The notes beneath the pieces were generated by a model that was not told the DNA's origin, made no database searches, and was given only the letters and a program-made list of their open reading frames with translations. From positions 2,201-66,200 of the IMG/VR virus record IMGVR_UViG_3300046660_000364: 64,000 nt of DNA, one strand, 5' to 3'. The DNA is from a virus. Its lineage: Duplodnaviria > Caudoviricetes. Both the position numbers and the translations under genes were made by a program. Below, one piece after another: positions 27,996 through 35,825 of the stretch. Each line of letters begins with the position of its first letter. The first letter of the stretch is position 1.

Positions 27996-29201
27996 CTAGG
28001 AATCGAGCGCCAACAGGTAGTGGTGGGCCTGGCCGCTGCGCAGCAGGGCCGCGCCATGGCGGGCGGCGGGCAGCTGGTAGCTGTCGCTGGTGAGGTTGAG
28101 CAGGGTGCCGTCGGGCAGGCCGAGCAGGATGCCGGCGCCGGTGGCGAACATCACGGCGTGCTGGCCGCTCAGCTGCGCATTGCCGAGGATCTCGCCGGCA
28201 TCGCCGCTGGTGAGCGAGCCGGGCAGCACGACGGCGTCGATCTTCTTGACCAGGGCGTTGTCGGCGAAGCTGGCGCCGGACAGGAACCAGACGGCTTTTC
28301 TGGTGCCGACGAACAGGCCGCTGTCGACCGCGGCCAGCAGCAGGATCTCGCTGGCGTCGATCGCGCGGTAGTCGCGCAGGTCGCAGTGTTCATAGGACAG
28401 CGCGCTGGTGGCGAACAGGTGTTCGCCCTGCGCGATGTAGATCCGGCCGCGATGCAGCGCCAGGCTGGTGCCGCTCGGCGGCGCGTCGAGCCACTGGGTG
28501 GCCAGCGGCAGCGAGCGCGGCCCGCCGACGTAGGTGAACTCGGCGTCCTCGACGTTGACCTCGGCGGCCTGGAACAGCGTCTCGCCGTCGGCCTGGCTCA
28601 GGTACAGGACCGCGCGCACGATGGCCGGGTCCCTTGGCACCGACCAGGTGAAGCGGATGCCGCTGCCGGCTGGCAGGTCGATGCGCTGGGCCTGGCCGCA
28701 GCCGGACTCCTGGCCGTCCTCGCGCAGCAGCGTCATGGCGAACAGGTAGACGCCGGCGGGCAGCACCCCGGTGGTGGCGCTGGCGGCGACGTCGGTCAGC
28801 TTGAGGTCGATGCCCCAGCTGCGCACGTAACCGTCCTGGTAGACCGCCGAGGACAGCCCGTTGCTGTGGTAGACGCGGTTGCCGACCGTGACGTAGGCCA
28901 TCGGGGCGTCGTCCAGGCCCATCGCCACCGCGGTCGGGACCATTTCGCGGTCGAGCCGGTACATGGTCTCGTCCTGGATATACAGGCAGTGTTCGCCGTC
29001 CGCGTAGAGGGAGTGGGCGCTGCCTGGGATCATCAGGGTCTGGCCGCTGCGGCGCGCGATGCGGCCGCTGTCGTCGATGTCGACGTTGACGGCATCAACC
29101 AGGTCGACCAGCGGGTCGTCGCGGGTGGGCAGCGCCTGCAGGCGCTCGACGGCCTCGGTATTGACGATGCCCCGGAAGCCGGTCAGGAGGACGGGTTTCA
29201 C
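27996..29201 (-). CDS. Putative tail nozzle/tail tubular protein
   Basis: GTG start MKPVLLTGFRGIVN..LVDAVNVDIDDSGRIARRSG; follows the adaptor gene. Confidence 0.7.
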   Translation of the reverse strand: MKPVLLTGFRGIVNTEAVERLQALPTRDDPLVDLVDAVNVDIDDSGRIARRSGQTLMIPGSAHSLYADGEHCLYIQDETMYRLDREMVPTAVAMGLDDAPMAYVTVGNRVYHSNGLSSAVYQDGYVRSWGIDLKLTDVAASATTGVLPAGVYLFAMTLLREDGQESGCGQAQRIDLPAGSGIRFTWSVPRDPAIVRAVLYLSQADGETLFQAAEVNVEDAEFTYVGGPRSLPLATQWLDAPPSGTSLALHRGRIYIAQGEHLFATSALSYEHCDLRDYRAIDASEILLLAAVDSGLFVGTRKAVWFLSGASFADNALVKKIDAVVLPGSLTSGDAGEILGNAQLSGQHAVMFATGAGILLGLPDGTLLNLTSDSYQLPAARHGAALLRSGQAHHYLLALDS

Positions 29202-29368
29202 TGGACGGTCCAGAGCGCGACGAGGGACCACAGGACGGCGCCGAACAGGACCCCGCGCCAGAACGCGCACACCGGGCAGCGCGAGGACAACGGCAGGGTC
29301 ACGTCCCACAGGACGTCGAGGACCTTGTCGACCATGCGGTCCCAGGCCTTAGCGAGCCGCGCGTACAT
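29198..29368 (-). CDS. Small membrane protein (56 aa, CxxC plus hydrophobic helix)
   Basis: Manual translation MYARLAKAWDRMVDKVLDVLWDVTLPLSSRCPVCAFWRGVLFGAVLWSLVALWTVQ; GTGA overlap with the next gene. Confidence 0.55.
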   Translation of the reverse strand: MYARLAKAWDRMVDKVLDVLWDVTLPLSSRCPVCAFWRGVLFGAVLWSLVALWTVQ

Positions 29369-29450
29369 AGGCGTTCCACAGCAGGATGAGGAACACGGCC
29401 TGTTCCAGGGTGCAGCCGCAGTTTTTCTTGGGTCGCAGTACAGCTTGCAT
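29349..29450 (-). CDS. Possible 33-aa peptide
   Basis: Strong AAGGAGG SD before ATG; MQAVLRPKKNCGCTLEQAVFLILLWNAYVRAAR. Confidence 0.4.
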   Translation of the reverse strand: MQAVLRPKKNCGCTLEQAVFLILLWNAYVRAAR

Positions 29451-29525
29451 GGTGTTCCTCCTTGGGTGGTTTGAATGGTTCGAGGTGAACTCGACCCGGC
29501 TTGACTGTTAAATCCGCGCCAGCAA

Positions 29526-30182
29526 TCAGTAGGTGCCGTCGTCGTCCATCTGCTCGTGGGCGATCCAGTTCTCGTCGATCGCCGAGGATTTCTTGCCGAA
29601 CTCCTGCTCGAACAGGGCCAGGCTGTCGGCGGCCTTCTTCGGGTCGTTGGCCTGCGAGTCCTGCTTGCTGTACGCGCGGTACAGCATCCAGTGGCGCAGC
29701 GAGCGGTGGAAGCGCGGAGCGATCTCGGGGCTGTCCTCGAGGCTGCGCATCTCGACCAGCGGCGTGCGCACCACCGTCAGCCACAGGCTGTCGTCGACGG
29801 CGGGGGCCGGGTACAGCATCAGGGCGCCGGTCTGGTAGTCGGGCACGAAGCCGATCGGCTGGCCGGCGGCGGCGTCCTCCCAGTACGGGTTGTGGGCGTC
29901 GAGGTCGCGCAGGGTGATGCGGCGCAGCGGGCGGTGGCCGGGCATCTTGGCGCGCCGCACGAACACGACCGCCGGGTGCAGCTGGACGATGCCGCCATCG
30001 GCCGCCAGCATGTCGATCCGCGCCACCGCGCCGCTGGAGTCGACCAGCAGGCGGGCGCGGCGGCAGGCCTCGTTCTCGGCGTCGTTGGCGAACTCCGTGA
30101 CTTCCTCGTCGCTCCACAGGTACGGCTCGGTGGCGTCGTCGGCCTCGTTGCGAAACAGCGTGATGAGGTCCTGCAGCGTCAT
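29526..30182 (-). CDS. Phage head-tail adaptor protein
   Basis: MTLQDLITLFR..D..EPYLWSDEE..ANDAENEACRR..LYPAP..PEIAPRFHRSLRHWMLYRAYSKQD pattern. Confidence 0.75.
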   Translation of the reverse strand: MTLQDLITLFRNEADDATEPYLWSDEEVTEFANDAENEACRRARLLVDSSGAVARIDMLAADGGIVQLHPAVVFVRRAKMPGHRPLRRITLRDLDAHNPYWEDAAAGQPIGFVPDYQTGALMLYPAPAVDDSLWLTVVRTPLVEMRSLEDSPEIAPRFHRSLRHWMLYRAYSKQDSQANDPKKAADSLALFEQEFGKKSSAIDENWIAHEQMDDDGTY

Positions 30183-30186
30183 AGCG

Positions 30187-31788
30187 TCACTCCTTCCAGT
30201 CGTCGTAGACGGCCTTGATGGCGTCGAAGATCGCGCCCGGGGTGATGTCGACCTGGCACTGGGCCGCCCCCGTCGTGGCGTCGGTGCTGCAGTACGACTT
30301 TCCGTAATGCAACATGTGGCATGGGTAGCAGCTGGTTCCGGCCGGGGTCAGGCTGATCGTGTTGTCCCAGTGCTTGGTCAGGTTTTCCACGCTGCTGTGC
30401 GACAGCATGACGATCTTGGCCGGTTCCGGCTCGAAGGCGACCGCGTTGAGCACGCCGGTTTCCGGGCCGAGCACCAGGTCCATCCGCTGGGCCAGGGCCA
30501 GCGTCTCGCGGATGGTCTGTTTGCCGGACTCGCGGTAGACGCGCGGTTCCAGTTCCCAGCCGCACTCGAGGATCTGGCAGGCCTCGTCGCCGGCCAGGAT
30601 GATGACGGCCTCGGGCATTTCCAGCAGCACGCGCGCGATCACGGCATCCATGTGGGGGCTGAACTTGTGCACGCTCGATCCGGCCAGCGCCCACATGATG
30701 GTGAACACCTTCGGGTTGGGCATGCCGATCATCAGCTCCTGGGGTTTGCGGGCCAGCGCGATCGAGGTCAGGAAACCCTGGGCCTTGCCGGCTTCTTCCG
30801 GGGTGGCATAGAAGCGGGCCTCGGACAGGTACGGCAGCTCGGCGAGGAAACTGGTCCACTCCAGGTAGTTCTTGTTCAGGACCACCTGGCGCACGCCCTG
30901 CGGCCACATGTGGTTGGCGCGGCCCGGCATGGCGAGCAGGGTGCCCTCGACGGACTCGGACAGCTGGACGAACTTGTCGAAGCGGCGAGCCAGGGCTTCC
31001 CAGAAGGCGGGCAGCTCGTGGTTCGGCACCAGGTCCGGGTCGAGGATCAGCCAGTCGTCGATGTGCGGGTCGTTTTTGAGGATCTCCTGGCCGGCCGGGG
31101 TGGTGTTGATGGTGATCGTATAACCCTGGCGTTTCAGTTCGGGCAGGATGTTCGACATTTGCAGCATGTCGCCGAAGCCGCCGAAGCGCGAGATGCAGCA
31201 GGTCTTGTCCGGCTTCGGGTTGTTGCAGCTCAGGCGCCAGTCGAGGCCTCCGAGCTTTTGCACCACGAGCAGGAAACTGTATTCGTTGCCGCCGTCGCGG
31301 GTCTGGTTGACGATCACGTCGACGCCGGTGCCGCTGGCGGCGGCCACGCTGGCGATGTGGGTCAGCACGTCGTCGGGGGAGAAATCGTGCTTGTGGTCGG
31401 GGTTGCTGCCGGGGGTGCCGATGCGCGGGTAGTGGTCGCGGTGCGGCAGGTACAGCACCAGGTAGCCGTCCTTTTTCAGGACGCGCCACCATTCGCGCAG
31501 GGCGGCCTCGGTGTCGACGATGTGTTCCAGCAGGTGGCTGCTGAAAATGCTGTCGCAGGTGGCGCTGCCGAAGTCGGACAGGTCGGCGCAGTCGGCCACC
31601 TTGATGTCGGGGCGGATCTTGATGCCGAACAGTTCGGTGTCGGCGCAGCTGTCGACGCCCAGCACATGCGGCAGCACCTTGCGCGGACCGCACCCGAGAT
31701 CGAGCACGGTGCCGCGCAGGTACTGCACGACGTCCCAGACCACCTTGCGGGCTTCGTCGCCCATCGGGTCATCCGGGCGCCAGGTCAA
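30187..31788 (-). CDS. SAM methyltransferase - GT9 (heptosyltransferase-like) glycosyltransferase fusion
   Basis: AGGAG plus TTG start; LDLGCG, SHLLEH, EWWRVLKKDG (class I MTase); RFGGFGDML, DLVLGPETGVLNAVA, C..C (GT9). Confidence 0.85.
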   Translation of the reverse strand: MTWRPDDPMGDEARKVVWDVVQYLRGTVLDLGCGPRKVLPHVLGVDSCADTELFGIKIRPDIKVADCADLSDFGSATCDSIFSSHLLEHIVDTEAALREWWRVLKKDGYLVLYLPHRDHYPRIGTPGSNPDHKHDFSPDDVLTHIASVAAASGTGVDVIVNQTRDGGNEYSFLLVVQKLGGLDWRLSCNNPKPDKTCCISRFGGFGDMLQMSNILPELKRQGYTITINTTPAGQEILKNDPHIDDWLILDPDLVPNHELPAFWEALARRFDKFVQLSESVEGTLLAMPGRANHMWPQGVRQVVLNKNYLEWTSFLAELPYLSEARFYATPEEAGKAQGFLTSIALARKPQELMIGMPNPKVFTIMWALAGSSVHKFSPHMDAVIARVLLEMPEAVIILAGDEACQILECGWELEPRVYRESGKQTIRETLALAQRMDLVLGPETGVLNAVAFEPEPAKIVMLSHSSVENLTKHWDNTISLTPAGTSCYPCHMLHYGKSYCSTDATTGAAQCQVDITPGAIFDAIKAVYDDWKE

Positions 31789-31976
31789 GCTGGCTCCTGC
31801 AGCTGGGCGTCGAGCTGGTTGGCGGCGCCCTTCTTGGCCTTCGGCGCGGGGGCGGCGTCCTGCGCGACCCAGGGCTTGCCGTCGGCGGTGAAGAAGGCGC
31901 CGTCCTGCTCGTAGAAGCGGCCCTCGGTGTCGTTCACGACTTGCCCGTACGCCTTGTTGCGATCGAGGTCGGCCAT
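31785..31976 (-). CDS. Small hypothetical head-region protein
   Basis: GGAGG RBS; MADLDRNKAYGQVV..FYEQDGAFF; translationally coupled to neighbours. Confidence 0.7.
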   Translation of the reverse strand: MADLDRNKAYGQVVNDTEGRFYEQDGAFFTADGKPWVAQDAAPAPKAKKGAANQLDAQLQEPA

Positions 31977-32236
31977 CAGTAGCCCTCCTTCGCATCCTCG
32001 GCGCGGTCGCCGGGGGCCGGGCCGAAGGTCGGATCGTCGGCGTAGCACTCGTCCATCGGGTCGCTGCCGGTGCCGCTCATCTTGCCCAGGCTGTTGGTGG
32101 CGTCGACGTCGATGCTGTAGCCGCCGGTGTCGGTCTTGATGCCGGTCATGCCGGTGCTGGTGCCGCGGTCCGGGACCGGCTTGCGGTCGCCCATGACGAC
32201 GCCAGTACCATCCGGCTTGTAGTTCGATTCGGACAT
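31976..32236 (-). CDS. Small hypothetical protein
   Basis: AAGGAG RBS; MSESNYKPDG..EDAKEGY. Confidence 0.65.
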   Translation of the reverse strand: MSESNYKPDGTGVVMGDRKPVPDRGTSTGMTGIKTDTGGYSIDVDATNSLGKMSGTGSDPMDECYADDPTFGPAPGDRAEDAKEGY

Positions 32237-32261
32237 GTGGTTCTCCTTGGGGTGTGGTAAT

Positions 32262-32579
32262 TCAGGGTTCGTCGCCGTCGCGGCGCTGCAAGCTGGCGCG
32301 CCGGATAGCCGCCTCGGCCTCGACTTCGGCCCACAGGCGCATGGCGTTGGGTGCTGGTTCGCGGTACTGGATGCAGGCGTCGATGAACTCGTGCACTGCC
32401 CGCAGCACCTGCTTGGGCGAGGCTGGCAGCATTTCCTCTGCGATGAACCCGGCGTCGTAGTCACGGTACGCCTGGATGAAATAGATCGCTGCCAGGTGGT
32501 AGTGGTGATCGCGCTTGGTTTTCTCACGGTACAGCTTGAGGTCAGCGCGCACGCGCGCCAGCTCGTCGTCCTCGCTCAC
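32262..32579 (-). CDS. Hypothetical protein
   Basis: GTG start immediately after the upstream stop; globular composition. Confidence 0.55.
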   Translation of the reverse strand: MSEDDELARVRADLKLYREKTKRDHHYHLAAIYFIQAYRDYDAGFIAEEMLPASPKQVLRAVHEFIDACIQYREPAPNAMRLWAEVEAEAAIRRASLQRRDGDEP

Positions 32580-32580
32580 G

Positions 32581-32832
32581 TCAGCGTTCGCTGCCGCGCG
32601 GGCGGCCGGCGAAGCCGCCACGCTCGCCGAAGGTATCGCCGACGTAGTTCTCGCCGTCGTCGGCGTTCTGCGGCAGACAGTGCGAGATCTTCTCTGGCGC
32701 CGGGACGGTGCTGAACCCCTTGGCCAGGTCGGCCAGGCTCGGATCGTTGCCGCTGCCCGAAGCGCCGGTCAGGCCGTCGTTGGACGACTTGAGCGGGCCG
32801 CTCTTGTTCAGGTTGCTGTTCTCGATGGTCAT
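32581..32832 (-). CDS. Small hypothetical protein downstream of major capsid
   Basis: AGGAGG RBS; MTIENSNLNK. Confidence 0.6.
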   Translation of the reverse strand: MTIENSNLNKSGPLKSSNDGLTGASGSGNDPSLADLAKGFSTVPAPEKISHCLPQNADDGENYVGDTFGERGGFAGRPRGSER

Positions 32833-32912
32833 GCAGACCTCCTGTATTACTGTGATCGTCACGGGAAAACGCCCGCCCCGCCGTGAGGTGGGGGCAGGCG
32901 TTCAGGGGCCAC

Positions 32913-33857
32913 TTACGCGGCCGAGTCCCATTTCACGATGCGGGCGTTTTTGGCCTGGTTGTGAATCAGGCCAAAGCCACCGAGGTAGTACCACGCAATT
33001 CCGCGCGAACGGCCGTAGTCGCTCGGGATCGCACCGCGCATCTCCTCCGGGATCACGATGCCTTCTGCTACCGTGTCCGACCCGAAGAAATATGCCCAGT
33101 TCGACTGGCCGTTGCTCCAGGCCGCCTTGGCGATGTTGGTCTGCTCCACGAAGCGAACCGATTCATAACGGCCGATTTCGCCGTTAAGGATCATCTGGAA
33201 GCCGGCGTCCACGTACTGGTGCACGGCCTCCAGGTCGTTCTTCAGCTGGCGGAAGGTGGTCGGGTGCGCCAGGGAGATGTAGTCGTCGCCGGTATACGGC
33301 GGCACGTTACGTTCCTTCATGACGTCCACGATCGCCTTGACGTGGTTCTTGCCGAGGGCGACGTTGTTGGTGCCAGCGGCGGTGCCGTTGGTCGACAGCG
33401 TGACCGCGTTGGTGGAGGTGCCGCCGGTCGGGACCACGCGCAGCGGGGTCAGCGAGAACTGCGCTTCGGCCGCGATGTCGAAGGCCTTCTTCGCATCGTT
33501 TTTGAGGACCTTGGCGATGATCTCCTTGACCGGCTGCTCGGAGAGGTCATCCAGCTTGGAAGTGTACGGGACACTATTGCCAAATTCCGTCACCGTCATC
33601 GTGCCTTGCGTGATGACGAAGTTGGTAGTCGGCATAGCGGTGCCCTCGGTGAGGGTCGTGCCCTGGGTCGCTACATCGCTGTAAACGTTCCAGTGAAATG
33701 CCTCGCCGATGCCCTTGCCCTGCACCGCCGCGTCCTTGATGTCCGCGAACTGGCGGAATTTCGTGAGCGGCTGCACCGACATGCGCAGCACCTTCGAGAG
33801 GTTGGGGGACCACATGTAGCCTCCCAATGAGTTCGTCAACCAGACCTGACCTGCCAT
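32913..33857 (-). CDS. Major capsid protein (N4-gp56-like family)
   Basis: MAGQVW..KFRQFAD..EFGNSV..NGEIGRYESVRFVEQT..DYGRSRGIAWY; follows scaffold. Confidence 0.9.
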   Translation of the reverse strand: MAGQVWLTNSLGGYMWSPNLSKVLRMSVQPLTKFRQFADIKDAAVQGKGIGEAFHWNVYSDVATQGTTLTEGTAMPTTNFVITQGTMTVTEFGNSVPYTSKLDDLSEQPVKEIIAKVLKNDAKKAFDIAAEAQFSLTPLRVVPTGGTSTNAVTLSTNGTAAGTNNVALGKNHVKAIVDVMKERNVPPYTGDDYISLAHPTTFRQLKNDLEAVHQYVDAGFQMILNGEIGRYESVRFVEQTNIAKAAWSNGQSNWAYFFGSDTVAEGIVIPEEMRGAIPSDYGRSRGIAWYYLGGFGLIHNQAKNARIVKWDSAA

Positions 33858-33892
33858 GATAATGCTCCTTGAATGAAAAGATGGATTGCGCT

Positions 33893-34939
33893 TTAGACGC
33901 CGGCGCGCGCCGCCTTCATGGCGGCGATGATCGAGGACGCATCCTCGGCCTGCGGTTCGTTGGGCGCGGTTTTGGTGTTGATCGACGTGACGTTGTCGAT
34001 CGTTCGTTTCTGCTCCAGCTTTTGCGCTCGGACGGACGTGGTCGGTGCAGGATCTTCACGGCGGCCCGGTTCCTGTTGCGCGGTGCCCCAGCCGAATTTC
34101 GTTGCCAGCTCTCGGCTCACGTTGTCCAGCGCGGAGAAGAAGTCGATGCCTTCTTCTGCCTGCTTGCGCTGGATCTTGGCCAGGGCCAGAGACTCCATGT
34201 CGGGGTCCGCGTACATCTCGGGATAGTCGTTACGGTTCTGCGTCAATACACTCTCTACTGCGAGCTTTTGCTGCACGTGCTGCGTCACCGACTGGGCGAT
34301 CTGGTCGACGTCGAGGATGGGCGCAGGCGCTTGTGCCTGCTGCCGTCCAGCCAACATTTCATCCAGTTTGGCGAGCGCGTTATCCTCGTCGCCCTCGAAC
34401 AGGGCCTTGAGGAAGTCCTTGCGGGCGGCGACGGCGTCGACGTCCGCGGGGTTCGGGTCCATGACCTGCTGCTGCTGGAGCTGCTGCTGTTGCAGCTGGT
34501 CGTGGTACTGCTGCAGCTGCTGCTCGCGCAACAGCCGTGCCGCCTCGGCTTCCTGGGCCTCGCGCAACAGGCGCGTGGCTTCGGCGAGCCGTTTGTCGGC
34601 GGTCGAATTCTTCTGGTACTGGCGCACCAGGTCCTCCACCGGGACCTCGGCTTCCTCGCCGTCGATCTTGACCTTGACCTTGGCGGGCGCGCCGGCGCTG
34701 GCCGGGGCCGGATCAAGGGCCGGGTCGTTCAGCTGGGCGTCCAGCTGGTTCGGTGCGGGGGCGTTGGCCGGCTCGGCGATCGTCTCGGTCGGCAGTTCCC
34801 AGCCGTTCTGGGCGGCCATTTCGGCCTGGTGGCGTGCTTCCAGGGCCTCGAGGGCCTGGTCGCGCGCGGTGCGCTGCGTGGTTTCTTCTACTGCGGGTGC
34901 TGCTGCATCGTTTTGCACGTCCGATTGGATAGCGCTCAT
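33893..34939 (-). CDS. Capsid scaffolding protein
   Basis: KVKIDGEEAEVPVEDLVRQYQK motif; acidic coiled coil; immediately upstream of capsid. Confidence 0.8.
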   Translation of the reverse strand: MSAIQSDVQNDAAAPAVEETTQRTARDQALEALEARHQAEMAAQNGWELPTETIAEPANAPAPNQLDAQLNDPALDPAPASAGAPAKVKVKIDGEEAEVPVEDLVRQYQKNSTADKRLAEATRLLREAQEAEAARLLREQQLQQYHDQLQQQQLQQQQVMDPNPADVDAVAARKDFLKALFEGDEDNALAKLDEMLAGRQQAQAPAPILDVDQIAQSVTQHVQQKLAVESVLTQNRNDYPEMYADPDMESLALAKIQRKQAEEGIDFFSALDNVSRELATKFGWGTAQQEPGRREDPAPTTSVRAQKLEQKRTIDNVTSINTKTAPNEPQAEDASSIIAAMKAARAGV

Positions 34940-34977
34940 TGCTTGACTCCTGGGTAGGCGCCCGCAGGGTGCGGGCG

Positions 34978-35004
34978 AAAAAAAACCCGCCGGGGTGGCG
35001 GGTT
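34978..35004 (-). terminator. Rho-independent terminator (second hairpin at 34959-34977 before the scaffold RBS)
   Basis: AACCCGCC-accc-CGGCGGGTT followed by a U tract. Confidence 0.75.
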
Positions 35005-35026
35005 GATGCGGTGGGAGCGTGCGCGT

Positions 35027-35254
35027 CTAGCGCAGCACCCGGACCTCGCCCTCGGTCTCGATCCAGACGCGGGCGCCGCAGGAGAGCGGCTTGTCCGGGG
35101 AATACACGACGCGCGAGCTGCCGATGATCTCGACCTCGTGGGCGTAGGTGTTGGACTTGTAGGATTTCACCGTCAGCACCGGCTCCTGCTCGCCGGCCGG
35201 CTTGCCGATATTCGAGCGGATCTTGTGCTGGTTGACATGGACGATGGTTTTCAT
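35027..35254 (-). CDS. Small conserved phage protein
   Basis: HVNQHKIRSN..PVLTVK..VVYSPDKPLSCGARVWIET. Confidence 0.75.
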   Translation of the reverse strand: MKTIVHVNQHKIRSNIGKPAGEQEPVLTVKSYKSNTYAHEVEIIGSSRVVYSPDKPLSCGARVWIETEGEVRVLR

Positions 35255-35520
35255 TCGTCCTCGAACAGGTAAAGGAACACCGGGGAGCCTTCGCCGACCC
35301 AGCTGCCGGCGATGTTGAAGTCGAAGTATTCCTCGGCCTCGTCCTGCTCCATGCCCTGGTGGTCCATCAGCGCCTGGATCACTTTATTCGTGTCGTAGGC
35401 GGCCACGCGCAGGTTGATGCGCTCGGCGATCCCGATCACGCAGGCGTCGAAGACGTCGCGCGGCTCGAGCAGCATGGCGTCGTCGCCGTCCAGGATCTCG
35501 TCGATGTCCTCGCTCAGCAT
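35251..35520 (-). CDS. Small conserved phage protein
   Basis: FD.CVIG..AYD..EAEEYFDFNIAGSWVGEGSPVF. Confidence 0.75.
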   Translation of the reverse strand: MLSEDIDEILDGDDAMLLEPRDVFDACVIGIAERINLRVAAYDTNKVIQALMDHQGMEQDEAEEYFDFNIAGSWVGEGSPVFLYLFEDE

Positions 35521-35825
35521 CACTCGCCCTCCTGGCTTTGCAGTTCGGCCTCGGCCGCCTTGCCGGCCTGGATCGCTTCATCCAGCCAGTCGCGGAAGCT
35601 GGCGGCGCGGCGCACCACCAGCTGCAGTTCGCGCACGTAGTTGGCATCGCTGGCGTCGGCTTCGCCGAGCAGCTCGAGCGCGGCCTGCTTCTCCTGCTCG
35701 GCGCGGCCGATCAGGTACTGGCCGACGGCGCCCTCGACGAAGGCCTTGACGTCCAGGCTGAACTGCACGGTGTGCAGCAGCTCGCGCACTTCCGGCGGGA
35801 ACTGCGAGAAGTCGATTTCGATCAT
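35520..35825 (-). CDS. Hypothetical protein downstream of portal
   Basis: 101-aa helical ORF coupled to the portal stop. Confidence 0.7.
   Translation of the reverse strand: MIEIDFSQFPPEVRELLHTVQFSLDVKAFVEGAVGQYLIGRAEQEKQAALELLGEADASDANYVRELQLVVRRAASFRDWLDEAIQAGKAAEAELQSQEGE

Noticed and set aside
34465-34530. CAG-rich poly-Gln tract in the scaffold gene as a contingency repeat
   Set aside because: Imperfect in-frame low-complexity coil, common in scaffolding proteins.
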